From assembly GCA_050230475.1 (NCBI GenBank), contig JBFLGF010000016.1:124001-174903 (forward strand): DNA of 50,903 nucleotides, written 5' to 3'. This document shows, piece by piece, positions 12,701 through 25,089 of the stretch. Position numbers and translations under genes: made by a program. This DNA is from Ancylonema sp. (taxonomy: Eukaryota). Numbering within the stretch: position 1 is the stretch's first letter; every line of letters starts with the position of its first letter. Below the pieces are notes generated by a model. That model did not search any database. It saw nothing but the letters and a program-made list of their open reading frames with translations, and was not told the DNA's origin.

Positions 12701-14060
12701 ACTCCAAACAGCACGTCAGCTGTCATGACGCTATAGATCGCTAAGGCGAAACCCATCTAGATTGATCAGAAACCCCTCTATATTAATTCTCCTCTATAAC
12801 GAGAGAATTCGATGTAACGATTTTTAGAATTAGTACTTTACAAGAAAAATAGTGAAGTACGAAATTTGTACGACTTGAAAATAACGCGTGGCGTATTTTC
12901 CGAAGTCTAGAATCCAAGCAGTCTTCAACAAATAGTTGCGTGTCGATTTTTGTTAAAATTACAAGTCCCTTTCGACTTGTCGATAATCCCGGCGATTATA
13001 TCCAGCGTAGAACTAGAGAAATATCTCGCGCCGTTGTCATCGGAGCGCCGAGATTAATTGTAATGTTCTAGAAGCCAGCCTGTCGTTATCTTCGAAAGCT
13101 TAACCCTAGTTAACTATGCCGGTTAGCACCACGCAACAACTTACAATATAAAAGTCAATTTGTACCTTCAGATCTGCCAGCTTCCGCTGTCAGATTGCGC
13201 TGTTAAGAAATCCCTTCCAACAATCTTTTGTGTGTTATCTGAATCCTTGCAATACTGTGAATATTGCATTCCTTCGCTTACGCGACTTCGCAACGTGCTC
13301 GTCTTTCGTCTCAGCTTGACATCAGTCAGCCATTCGGTAAGTTTGCAAATCATTCTTTGCAACCTGTGTGTGTGTAATCTGATTCATCTGAATCTGTTGC
13401 TGACGCTCTTTTTGAGCCAGCCGTGCTATCGATTTTAATTTCTTACATCGATTCGCTGACGCTCTCTCTGAGCCAGCAAGAGTGCGTGTGTGTGTAAAGC
13501 ATATATCGATTTGCTTGCGTTCGCTCCGAACCGGCAATTTAATTTGTGTGTGTATGTTTGTTGTCGCTCGCTCCGAGCCAGCATTTGTTGTTTACACCTA
13601 TCTGCTGACGCTCTTTTTGAGCCAGCATCTTTTATCGACGCGCCGTCGATACTTTGCTTTCTCACCGAAAGTAACCCTTACGGCTGTTAACCTCGATAGT
13701 CTTGTTTGCTTTACAATAATTTCTCAGACTTTCGTACTGTACACCATTTGTTAGCTTGCCCTCAGCGTTAAGTAGTGATTTTCACCAGACCGCTGAGACG
13801 TGTGATATATATAATATTGATATATCAACAGAGCCTCAATCTGCAATACTACTTAGTGAGAGCAGCACAATACCACATTGTGACATTATGAGATATGACC
13901 AACATTTATCGATACAAGATTGTGACTATATGAGATGATCAACATTCACAACTTAGAGAAGAAGGAGTTATGAGGACATCAGAAGAGAGAAACTCAAATC
14001 AGAGACAAGTACAAGTATTGAGAACATCATTCCGGGCGGCCGACTCCAAACCGCACGTCA
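9790..14060 (+). mobile_element. 5'-truncated, decayed Ty3/Gypsy LTR retrotransposon: RT-RNaseH-integrase-PHD finger, polypurine tract and compound 3' terminal repeat
   Basis: RT motifs CGDYRTIN, LDLRQGYHQ, GLKNAP, YIDD, FLGH. RNase H TDWS.HGLGAVLSQ. Integrase HHCC (H..YGHFG...CPAC) and core (WGVDYAGP, TDQG, SDGLAERM). PHD CKQC...LILCDDCNDGYHIYC...WFCPDH at ~12310-12450. PPT GGGGGGGGAG at 12505-12514. Many stops and frameshifts; gag and protease are absent. Confidence 0.9.
12513..14060 (+). repeat. Compound LTR region: repeat A (12513-12718), segment B (12721-13854) and repeat A' (13855-14060)
   Basis: A and A' align over ~205 bp, from AGTGAGAGC to CACGTCA. B starts TGTC after CA-GC, contains TATAAAA (~13146) and three GCTGACGCTCT.T.TGAGCCAGC repeats. 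Confidence 0.8.
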
Positions 14061-14428
14061 AACATTCACAACGTTACAAACATACACAACAAAAGTGCAA
14101 GCTTGAGATACACAGATTGATTGCAAAATTTTGCATGCAAGCCCGGGCTTAGTACAATCGAGTGTGATCCATGGCACCTCTTAGTCAAATATCTAAGCCA
14201 TCGAAACTGTCTAGTCAACACCAATCATATCCTAGCATTGTGCCATGTAAGTTACATGATGTAACCTAATCATATCGACATTATGCCAGGTGGCCAAGCG
14301 TAACATCACAATCATATCGACAAGTACTCCGGCCGGCATTTACTAGATATCGACAAAACTAAAACCTTAAGTCTCAGAACTCATAAAATCGACACGGCGA
14401 CAAAAGTCCACGGCCCTTAAAACTAACA
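14061..14428 (-). mobile_element. LTR remnant homologous to the LTRs of the Copia element at 25090-29105
   Basis: Collinear shared blocks with 25170-25525: ACACAACAAAAGTGCAA, TAGTACA.TCGA, CCAATCATATCC, TGCCAG.TGGCCAAGC, CGACAAAACTAAA, CGACAAAAGT.CAC.GCCC, and the terminus AAAACTAACA. Confidence 0.75.
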
Positions 14429-14474
14429 TCACATTCAGTCATACATCTCACAATACATCTTACAATATGCGTCC

Positions 14475-14559
14475 CATAGTGGGTCCCGCTCCGCTCGCGG
14501 ATTTTGCGAGCCCAGCTCCGAGCCGGAGTGCAATTTTTCCGGCTCGGGGACCCACTATG
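14475..14559. mobile_element. 85-bp hAT-type MITE
   Basis: Perfect 13-bp TIR CATAGTGGGTCCC / GGGACCCACTATG, and a perfect 8-bp TSD ATGCGTCC at 14467-14474 and 14560-14567. Confidence 0.85.
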
Positions 14560-15110
14560 ATGCGTCCGACATCACTATGTAAGTGAAATTTTAAGGTTTC
14601 CCGTAGCCTTATGGTGTACACTACTTACTAGTGGGCAAAGTAAGAACACACGTCTTTACATTGTAATCTACGAAGGATAGAAAGGATACCACTTTGCACT
14701 TGACCACATCAATTCAGCTCCTCTCTCATTCATGCTTCATTATAAAAATCTCCATGACGAGGGACAAAGGTTTTGATGCATTCTCCCGAGTAATAGAACT
14801 TCCTTCAGATAGCCTAGGAAGTTCTATGTATCATTCACTAGTGCAACTTCTTGATCCAAGTTTCTGGTGTGCAGGCAAATGATTACAAGCGGCCAAGACG
14901 ACGCGACAAACATACAACTTTCCGGATCTTTGAAGCATTTGTCAATGACAAGCAATCCTTCGTCCTCTATTCTTCATCTCCTCAAATAATTTGTGGCTGC
15001 TCTTTATAAACTACTGCACCATTACACTGGCAGTCTTACGCACTAACCTGGTTCATGACAAGCAAAAGGGACAGAAACAATGGCATTAGCAACAGTGCAT
15101 CCCTCCTAAT

Positions 15111-18100
15111 TTACGGCACAGGGCTGGCCGTGATGTCCCAGATCTCGTTAGCATACTGGCGGATAGTTCGGTCACTACTGAATTTGCCTGAGGTGGCAGT
15201 GCTGATGATGGAGGACTTGGTCCACTTCTGAAATCACAAAGGGAGGGGGGGGGGGTAGCGTGTTGGTATATGCTTGATATAATTCTGTCAATGGACAACA
15301 GTAGCATTGGAAGGTGGAGATAGCAAAACAGTCCAATCCGCCAGGTTGAAGAACTGAAGGGACAGTTTTAATTTTAGCTCACATTGAAAACCAGATTAGT
15401 AGTCACAGTAACCGTGCATGGACAGATAGACAACTGACATTCATTCCACGGAACATCAAAGGGTGTCACTCAAGTCCCAAAGACGACAGAACTCCTCTTT
15501 CATACACACAAAAGGGATTCTGAGGGTAGGGAACTAATTTTGACAAAGCAAAAAATTAGTGGCAGATCATTCTCACCTCCTGGTTCCTGTATGCTGTGTC
15601 CACCTTCACCTGGCAGTCCACATAGGCAGGGAAGTCCTTCCCTACCAGGAAGTAATCCCCCCTTCCAAACCCTTCATTGCCTTCCAAGGAGTCCAGAAGG
15701 GGCTCATAGTTGTACTCGCCAAACACCCCACTGCGGATGAAAGCCTTGGCCTCCTCGAATCGGGGATCAGGGACAAACTGCACAACAAGAAGTTACAGTT
15801 TCTCCTTACGAAATGACGGATTTTTTTCTCTTCTGTATCTAAATCTATCATGCCGGGATAGAGGCACATGACTTGACATGCTTGCTGGTTAGACAGCTGT
15901 CGTCTTGTTATAGTTCCCAAATTATTTTGAATAACATGGTGAGAGGCGGGAAATGAGGAGTACCTTGCCCTCAGCCCTTTCCACTCGAAGTCCAGCGATC
16001 TCAGGAGCGTATGCTCCAAAGAGGAAAAAGTTTTCATCCCCGACCTCCTCTCGAATCTCCACGTTGGCTCCATCGTCGGTGCCGATCAACAGGCATCCAT
16101 TCATTTGGAACTTCATGTTACTCGTGCCACTGGCCTCCAGACCAGCCGTGCTGCAGCAGACGCAAGACAGAGGAAGGCAGTCTGAGATGTCATAAAGATC
16201 TCAAAGTTGGATTTATGGTGGTAGAATTCGGCAACCCCTGTACAAAATCAGGGTCTTTAAAGACGCAGATTGTTCCCGAGATTGGTTTTCAAATAAAAGG
16301 ACGGCTTGCCTGACAAACCGTGGATGCTCTGCACTCAAGCAGCATTTGTTGTTAAAACAACTCGGTAGAGCAATTTAGGCAACTGCTGCACTATCTTGAT
16401 CGCGCACGCAAACCTACAGATTAACGTGAGTTGATTTATGTGAGTCGACTTTTGGGATTTGAGCACTGACCTGATGTGCTGAGACAGCTCGCTAGCGGGA
16501 ATGAGCATCTCCGCCACACTGACATTGTAATCGGGCACAAAGATAACCTGTGCCGAAAATGCCGCAGCCCCCGCGAAAACGAATCTCAGTACTCCATCCA
16601 CCCCTTTACTAGGGCCCACCTCCAAACCTCCACTTTTACAACAACAACCCAACTCCACTACACCTGCCTATTCACTCCACACATCCCCCTGGCAAAGATG
16701 CACAGGCGACCCTAATAGACACGCTGATGGTGGTAAGGGTATATGTTGCTGACACAAATGCTGTGACTTCACAGCTTCAGAAAGAAAATTACATATTCGA
16801 TATCCCGTACACAAACTTAGCTGCCTGCGTGATTGTGCCTGTACAGTGGTGCCAATGAGAGCACAACCGTACAACCAGCCAAGCTTTCCCTGAAATTGCT
16901 ATCGACCCCAAACCGTTCGAAATGCACAAGCGAGGTCCCAAGGTGCCCGAGTTGAAAATGTTTGGTACACTCGCCTGTCTACAAGACCGAAAGGGAAGCT
17001 ACAGAAAGTCCAAAAAAAAAAAAAAAAAAAAAAAAACAGAAGGAAGCTGTTTCAGGACGTCTGGAACAGACCTTGAGAAGGTCGCCAATCTCGGGGTCGT
17101 TGTTGACCACCGTTCCCACATCGGCGATGAGCTTCACGATGCGCTTGGCCTGCCAGTAGGTGGCAAAGGCTTTCCCGCCGAACATGCACACACGGGGCAC
17201 GTAGGTGGCCTTGCGTTCCTCGGGAGTCATCTCCTTCATCTTCTTGTATCGGTAGATGATGCCCAGGATGTTCAGCAGCTGCCTCTTGTACTCGTGGATG
17301 CGCTTCACCTGCAGTGGGAGTCGAAGGTAGGATACGTTAGGGATAAACAAGACAAGGTGGCGGAGGAAGGGACAGAGAACTGTAATATCGACAAAAGAAA
17401 CATAAACTGCAGGTGCCAATGAAGTGAATGGAGGGAGGTGGAGCTGGTTTTGGAGGTGGAGCTGGTTTTGTTGAGTTTCTTGTTATCTCTCTTATGTCCA
17501 CCTTGCCCGAAATGCAGGAGCTTTTTCTGCCGCCATCATGGTGGTTTTATGAACTGCCAGCATCGAGGTTTTTTCAGGCGACTAGTTGGTCACACACACC
17601 CGTGCGAGCACCGGCATACTGGCTGTAAATCACAAGACCCAGCGGAAAATTATACCTGGATGTCAAAGAGGGCGTCCGGGTTGACTGTGTACCCAGTCTT
17701 CTCCTTCAGGTATTCCGTCAGCTTAGCCTTCCTGGCTTTCTTTGCTGCTACCCAGTCGGCCTGCAGATCCTTGTTGTCCGCATACTGCACATCTCGACAC
17801 GTTATCATTGGAATCGTTTCTCCCTCAAGCTCACTGAAGTGTGGACTGCAGTAGTATATGAGTTTAGCAGTCAAGCTCCATACCATTTGCCACCCAGAAA
17901 GCCGCGATGGACATTCTATTATGAAGTTTCTCAGGAAAAAATAATTTAAATAAACCGTCACTATTATAATGATGTAGCTTCGCAATGTAATGCAGCCTCT
18001 TGGCGACGAAGTATTCTGCCTTGCTTCACATGAACCATCTTTCCACAAACACGGGTCCTGACAACCTCATTGCCTTCTCCATGCCTCTTATGCTTCCGTG

Positions 18101-21100
18101 AAAAGACTAGCCTACCTGCTTCAGCTCCTGGAGCTTGTCTGCATCCAGCACCCAGTCATCATGGCCCAGCCACTTGGTGATGACAGCACTAAGTTCCGGG
18201 TTGCAGAAGGCGAGCCATCGACGAGGGGTAACACCATTGGTCTTGTTCTGGAACTTGTGTGGCCACAGCTGCAGATTTATGGAGACAAGACGGGTGTAAA
18301 CGTCGATGCACACACAATCCCACATAACATCTTGAAAAGAGAAGGAATAATGAACATAAGTTCTGGAAACCAGCCCGACTCACCTAGATAGGGCGTATCA
18401 GATATACATTTCAGGGTCTTTGCCTCTCTATGCATGCTGATCCCTGTAATTAGTGTACTCAGCACCAGTCTCGCCTCCAACGGTACCTGGTAAAAGTCGT
18501 TGAACACTTCATCTTTGACAATTTCGCTGTGAATTGCGGCCACTCCGTTCACCGCATGCCCCGTGATGACGCACAGGTTGGCCATGCGAACCACCGCGGT
18601 CTTCTTGATCTCCACATTCTCAATGTTCACTTCCTCCACCTTCAGTTTCTCCACATTCTCTGCACTCACTTCCTCTGCCACCTTGGCTGCCACAGCCTTG
18701 GCTGCCTGTACGGGCTCAGCCACTGCGAACCTGGCCTTGGCCTTCTTGGGAAGCTCTACATTTTCCAGGATCCTCATGCTCTCAATCTTGGAGATCAAGT
18801 TTGCCTTGCTGGTCTCACTGTTGGCAGCAATCAATTCCTCGATGAACTGCATTACACACGATTGTACCGGTGTCAGCTGAAGACAAATCGTGAGCAATGA
18901 GATGCGCCTGATAACACTGAATAATGTGGAAACAAGTGCCATAAGACACATCAATTTCTAGTAACCAATGCTGTGTGAAGAACGAAAATACCATTCCTGT
19001 CAGAAAGCACAAACTGAGGGACGGAATAGCAAAAAAAAAAGCGAGAGATGCCATATGATTGAGACTGGTGTGTGTGCAAACATGCCTGCTCGTCGATCTT
19101 CTCGATGATCTGGTAGTGCTTGGGCAACAGCTTCTGGATCAACTCCAGGGGCCACTTCTCCAAAGCTTCTGGCAGCACCGTATGATTGGTATACGCAACG
19201 GTCCTGAAATCACAGGGGCACGCAGATGATTCCTCATGTCTGACCTTGATGACATTGTTGATGATTTACTTGAATGCATTCAAATCCCTGTGATGCTTGA
19301 CAGGAGAGACGATTCTCTGCCTTCTGTTGAGGGAGTAAGGCAAAGCTTTAGTAGCCCAGGCTGAGACACTAGGTGAATGACTCTCTGGCAGCCTTGTGCA
19401 TCCACCTCATGACTGCATCTCTGACAGCTCTACGACAGTTTCTCGTTCACCTTCAATAAGGGCCATCTTATGTGAAACTTCACAAGTACGGTGACAATTG
19501 TCAATTACAGGTCGAGTCTTACGCCTGCATGATTTTGTACGCCTCTGCCCATTCCAGACCCTTGATGTCAATGAGGATTCGAAGAAGCTCCGGACCAGAC
19601 AGGGTGGGATGTGTATCGTTCATTTGCACAGCCACTTTGTTAGGGAAGTCCGACCAGTTGGGAGCGCCGTTACTCCTCCTCTCGAAAGTGGCGACAATAT
19701 CCTGAAGGCATCAGATACATGGCATCCGCTCAGCTAGGGTGCTTCTGACATGGTCAGATTCTCCAATATGGCCAAACTCGTAAGCAATAAAAACTCCCAT
19801 CGCTCTCACAGACATGTAACAAAAAAAACTTTTGACTCATTCATATTTATTACATCTGTCACACAGCAGTGGTGTCACTGCAGAACTTGAATATTACCTG
19901 CAGGGAGGCACTGCACAACATGTACTGCTGCTTCAGTCTTAACTCCTTGCCCTCCAAGGTTCCATCTCCCGGGGAGAGGACAGAGCATAGCTGCAATTGA
20001 CAAAAACAAACACATTGATGAGGCTTCTAGGCAGACAGTCGGATTGTGAAGAACGTAGTATAGGACCAACAATGCATCGCGCAAATGCCGACATCAGTTT
20101 AGTACTGGCCTGTACATTTAGGGAGCATGTGTCAGGTTACAGAACTAACAGGTGCCACCTAGCTGACCTTGTCTGCCTTTGCTTGGGCAAGACTGGCTCT
20201 CTCGTGCTCCCCACTATTGAACGCAGCCAGGTCAAAATCGGAGGCCTTCACCATCGCCGACCACAGCCTCAGGCTGATGCAGTTCTTTGTCCTGGAATTA
20301 AAAACAGAGTATTACTGATCAGGCTTCAGATATGGAGACCACACATGGAACCCCATAGAGTCAAACCATAGTGTCAAATTGGAAATTTTGCGAGCTATGC
20401 ATAATACCCTGGTAGATTGAAGTTCTAGTTACTGGTCATTTAGAACCTGAACTCACCTGTACCCAGGAATAGGAACATCATAGGCCAGCGCCATAACTTC
20501 CTCTCCTCCAACCCATTGGCCATCGACCACCTCCCCGAAAAACTTGATAGGGTACTTGATGTCATGTCTGACAATTTCCCAGGGCGTACCGGTCTGCACG
20601 GGACACACAAACACTCGTACTGAGAGGGAGAATCGTTTCTGGATCCTAGCGACGAAGACTAGCGACGAAATACACTGGATGTACAGAAATGGCAATAATG
20701 TCAGTGGATTAGGCCAGATTAGGGGACTCCTTACCTCCAGCCACGGTTCCGCCATCTCAACCTGACCACTTGTGTCGATGGCCTGTTTGAACAGACCATA
20801 CTTATATCGAAGACCATAACCCCACCCAGGGAAGTTGCAGGTCGCAATAGAGTCCAGAAAGCAAGAAGCGAGCCTTCCGAGCCCACCATTTCCCAGGGCA
20901 GCATTAGGTTCCTGGTAAACAACACCATCCACCAGACTGTGCATGTTGGTTGAAATAGTACCATGTAACCCGTCAAAACCTTGTGATTCAGCGTAGCTGA
21001 TACGGAATTTGGATTATAACTTCCTGAATAACGGTGGGCGTCGTCTAAATTCATATTATGCATGCCTGTTACTGCAGCAAAAAATCAAAATTTTACAGCA

Positions 21101-22100
21101 GTCAGCGATAATTTTCTCACCTCCTCTGCAAGGTCCTCCAAAGTCACACCAAGCTTCTTCAAGGCCTCCGTGTATGTGCCAGTGACGCCAAGGTTTCCAA
21201 GTGCATTGAGAAGTGCACGTCCCTGTCATAAAACACCCAACCTTTTTATTTAGCTTCGTAACGGCGAAACATTGAACAATACAGCTCCCTTAGAGATGCA
21301 TGCATAGCTCGCAGCTCAAATTCATCCATTTTTTAACAGTTAGCGAGCGCAGTGGCAAGATAGAAGACCAAATATGATCATTGTTGTCAGTGTACCGGAC
21401 GCCGTTGACTTACTTGCAAATACTCCATGGACAGGTAGTAAATCATTTTCGGATTGGTCGCCTCAAAGTGCTCAAATGTCTCAGTCCATCTCTGGATGAG
21501 TGTGTCCCGAACGCTCTGTGCTGTGGCAACGAAGGCAGGCTTTCCTCCAAATGCAGCCTGGGAAAATGATGGGGTGTATTCGGAATGGTACTTGATGTTG
21601 GCAGCTACAGCAAAGACGTCGTCCGCAGATACCGCCTCTGCAGTCAGATCATGAAACTAAAAACACATCATGTTTCTGATAACGATGTTTCGATGATCGC
21701 CTCCAGTATTATACAACTTCCGATCACAAGCTTTCAGTTTTTGCAATTGTAGTTAATTTCTGTGCTACATTTAGTAACTTCATTTGAAACGGGTAGTGAA
21801 GACACCAACTTTTCCGGTAGGCACCAACATTGATTTTCACTTCAGCTTCCTCAAGCTTCGTCTGTTTCAATATGCTTTGTTACCTTCCAACGATGCTGGC
21901 TTGGGCTCGCTGGCTACATTTCGGATCGGCAATGCGCGTCCGGAGCTCCTAACAAGCGAACCAGATCCCTTGGTTGCTAGCTTCTTTCCGAACAGACTGC
22001 CACTCGCATTCTTAAGTAGACTCCCGCTGGATGCGGTGGTTCCAAGCTTCGGAGCCTGAACAAGGGCCACAACAGGAGTCTGCAAGCAAGTAGAAGCCAT
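15111..22100 (-). CDS. PHS1: Plastid-type alpha-1,4-glucan (starch) phosphorylase, 943 aa. Exons: 21884-22100, 21414-21637, 21121-21222, 20735-20911, 20457-20593, 20168-20291, 19898-19990, 19523-19701, 19086-19203, 18487-18846, 18116-18268, 17656-17784, 17072-17308, 16471-16547, 15964-16150, 15577-15777, 15111-15227
   Basis: GT35 motifs [86 protein letters not shown], the PLP site EASGTSNMK, and GKFSSDRTI. Ser/Ala/Lys-rich transit-peptide-like exon 1 and a central insertion typical of Pho1. Exon phases are all consistent. Confidence 0.95.
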
Positions 22101-22541
22101 GCTGATCTGCTTTAGCACCCTCAGTGCTCCACTGTCGCAGCTGGACAAGCTTCTCCCAAAACTAGACCTCGGATCTGCACTACGTAGAAACGGTCAGATC
22201 GCTATGTATGAGGAAGGCGTTTACCAGCACTCTAACCGGTAGAGTTAGCTTTCTGTCCTTGTAAACGGTCGACCGGAAGATGGCATCTGTGCCACCTGGC
22301 GTCAAATTCTGCAAGTAGAACGTCATTGGTTGTCTTTTCGGGCAGCGCGCGACAACGGGACGTCTCAATTCGCTGCGTACTCCCCGCCCGCAGTTATTTT
22401 TCACCCCTTCGAAGAGCTCTTCGGTCTGAGGAAACGGGCTCTGTGTTGCCCCTTCGAGTTCATATCCAACGGAGGACGGAAGACTTTCGTTAAATGCAGT
22501 AGTCGTGTGCTAGTGAAGTCTTGATATAGTGACACACTCTA

Positions 22542-23370
22542 CAGTGTCCCCTCGATATAATGACCCTCTTTATAACGACAACTTCGAAATAACGACAGGT
22601 TTTTTTGGAACTCTTGTAGAATCACTATGAAATCGCCCTCGATATAAGCATGACGACACTCTATATGATGACAAATTATTTCAGAATTTTGTTACCGAAT
22701 GTCCTTATACTGTGTAGATAATGTTATTGCTCGTAGATAACGATGTATGGAAATCGAGAAAAATCTAGAAACCTCATGAACGACACCTCAAATTCTCTAC
22801 AACGTGTTCGCGTTGTTCCATATGTCATATCAAGAGAACGCCGCCTCTGTCCTCCTCGAATGATCCAGAACTAAGCTCACGTATATGTAGTGGTAGTTCC
22901 TCCTGGGTTGCGAAGCACTCACAAGTTACACTCATTCAATGTTAATGTTACCAGCTGTTAAAAATGTCCATGTTGTTCATTGTTCCAACCGTCCACTGCT
23001 TTTACTCCATGTCCAACATAATGTGCGTGTCCGATGTTGCTTTGTAACAACCTTAATACCTCCCCAACTCTCCTCGTAAAGTTTTGTGGTATATTTTGAC
23101 CATCCGCATGTATTGGTATCATGACGCACTTGTATAGCTCGTATATCAACACACACGTTGAATTGTATAATCATGCCAAGGCAACTTACTCTAGCAACCA
23201 CATAATAACCACCATTTCCTTACTCGCTTTGCTTCATTCGCAAAGTCCCTCGATACAAGGACAGGGATTTCAGATTATAGTCGTAAATGTCGTTGTACAG
23301 TGTATAACGACACTTCGATATAACGACACTTTATTGGGGAAAATAATGTCATTATATCGAGGGAGCGCTA
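22542..23370. mobile_element. Non-autonomous pogo-like (Tc1/mariner superfamily) element, 829 bp
   Basis: 23-bp TIRs, CAGTGTCCCCTCGATATAATGAC vs the reverse complement of 23348-23370 (19/23 match). Flanked by TA on both sides. Repeated CTCGATATAA / TATAACGAC subterminal motifs. Confidence 0.8.
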
Positions 23371-23391
23371 TACAGTGACAATCTCAATATA

Positions 23392-24120
23392 CAGTGCTCC
23401 CTCAATATAAGGACCCTCTTTATAAGACGAACCTCGATATAAGGACATTTGTTTTTTCCCTGTACAAAATGGCCCTCGATATAAGCATACAGACACTCTT
23501 TATAAAGACAAATTATTTCAGAAATTTGTTAGTGAGTGTCCTTGTACCGTGTATATAACGTTGTTCTTCGCATATAACGATGTATGGAAATCGAGAAATA
23601 TATCGAATCCAACAATTACAAAACAATGTCGATGCAAGTGATGAAAATTATGGTTGCAAACTAATATTCAACGTTTCTTTCATGCTGGTTAGGGTAAAAT
23701 CATGTCGATATGTGTCCGTATGTCTGTCCATTTTTTATGCCATATTGAAAGTTGTCGGTAACAATCTTTGAATCTTATCCAAATTATCAAAATGTACGCT
23801 AGGATGTGGATAAATATGTAATTTGTTGGATTGTACAAGAAAATGTGTATTTTGTTTTCGAGTTCACAATTTGGAAATAATGTAGTACTCTTCATGACAA
23901 GTATTGGTTTGTCTTGCCATTCAATATTTGTCCATGTTGTTCATGACGATAGTGTTTACTCCATGTTAAAAATAATATGCGAGGACTTTGTTGCTTAGTA
24001 CGACCTTAATACACCCCAACTCTCCCTCGCAAAGTTGGTTAATTGTTTTTTGCTACTCGCAATAAATTGGTCTCATCTTGTATAGCTTGCATCAAAACAC
24101 CCACGTCGAGTTGGATGATG
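23392..24120. mobile_element. Second, related pogo-like element; right end not found
   Basis: Starts TA|CAGTGCTCCCTCAATATAAGGAC. The first ~210 bp align with 22542-22765, and 23925-24110 aligns with 22960-23160. Confidence 0.7.
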
Positions 24121-25089
24121 ATGCATCAATGCTTTTCACTGAATGATTTGAAATTTTTAGTAATTATACAAAACGATTGCTTCCGGGTTGCAACTTTCAT
24201 TGAGGGATGGTTTTGGAAGCACACCACCAACACCACCACCACCACCACACGGTTTTGCCGTAGATGATTAGGGCCGTAATTGCAAATAGATACGTGTAGA
24301 AAGGATATGAACGACAACAAAATATTAGATGTCATGAATTGGTAGATTCTAGTCGCAAACGAATGTAGAGAGCGTTAAAATCTTGTCGATGCCTCATCGT
24401 TTTTCCCTCGCGGATATATATTCAAACTCGTTGTTGTGTTCTTGGTGTGAGAGGTACTTCGTATTCCTCCAACCCATTGATGCCATCAATAAATCAGCGT
24501 GATTTGGCGATGTGAGAGTCTGCGCGTGGTGTTGTCGATGATTCCGTGCCTAGCAGTGTCATTTTCAACAATTGCATTGTGTAATGTGTGAGGCCCGAAC
24601 CCAACAACCACGACCTTATGATGAAATAAGAAAGGAGTAAACGACAACTTGATGCACATTACATGGTTGGGTCTCGGGAAGAAGATGGCCGTATTCTATA
24701 TTCGATCGATTTGGGCAACGTAAGAACCCCATAACCTCGAAATATTCAACGAGATCTAGGAGTATCTTAAACTTGTGCGTATTCTGTTCACGCTCGGAAC
24801 TATTTCAAAACCAGTTCAAGGTTTCAAGGTTTTCAAATATGTGCTGGTACGACTCCCCACTTTCTTGGGTGTGACAAAAAAGCCCTTGCGATTCGAGTCC
24901 ACAACACAATCATTATGTGAATGAAAGTTTTTGTCCGGCTTTCTCAAATCTACCACACAAATAAGGTGGCGAAAGACAAACACATACCACACCCATCGAC
25001 CTATTACACCCATCGACTTTTTCATATTTCGAAACACACCGCAATTTCCAACACCTCCAAAAAAGGTGACTCATTCCATAACTAGTTAG

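Noticed and set aside
14475..14559. T-shaped hairpin as a parvovirus-like ITR or tRNA
   Set aside because: The 8-bp TSD and CATAG termini identify it as a hAT MITE; no A/B boxes or viral ORFs are present.
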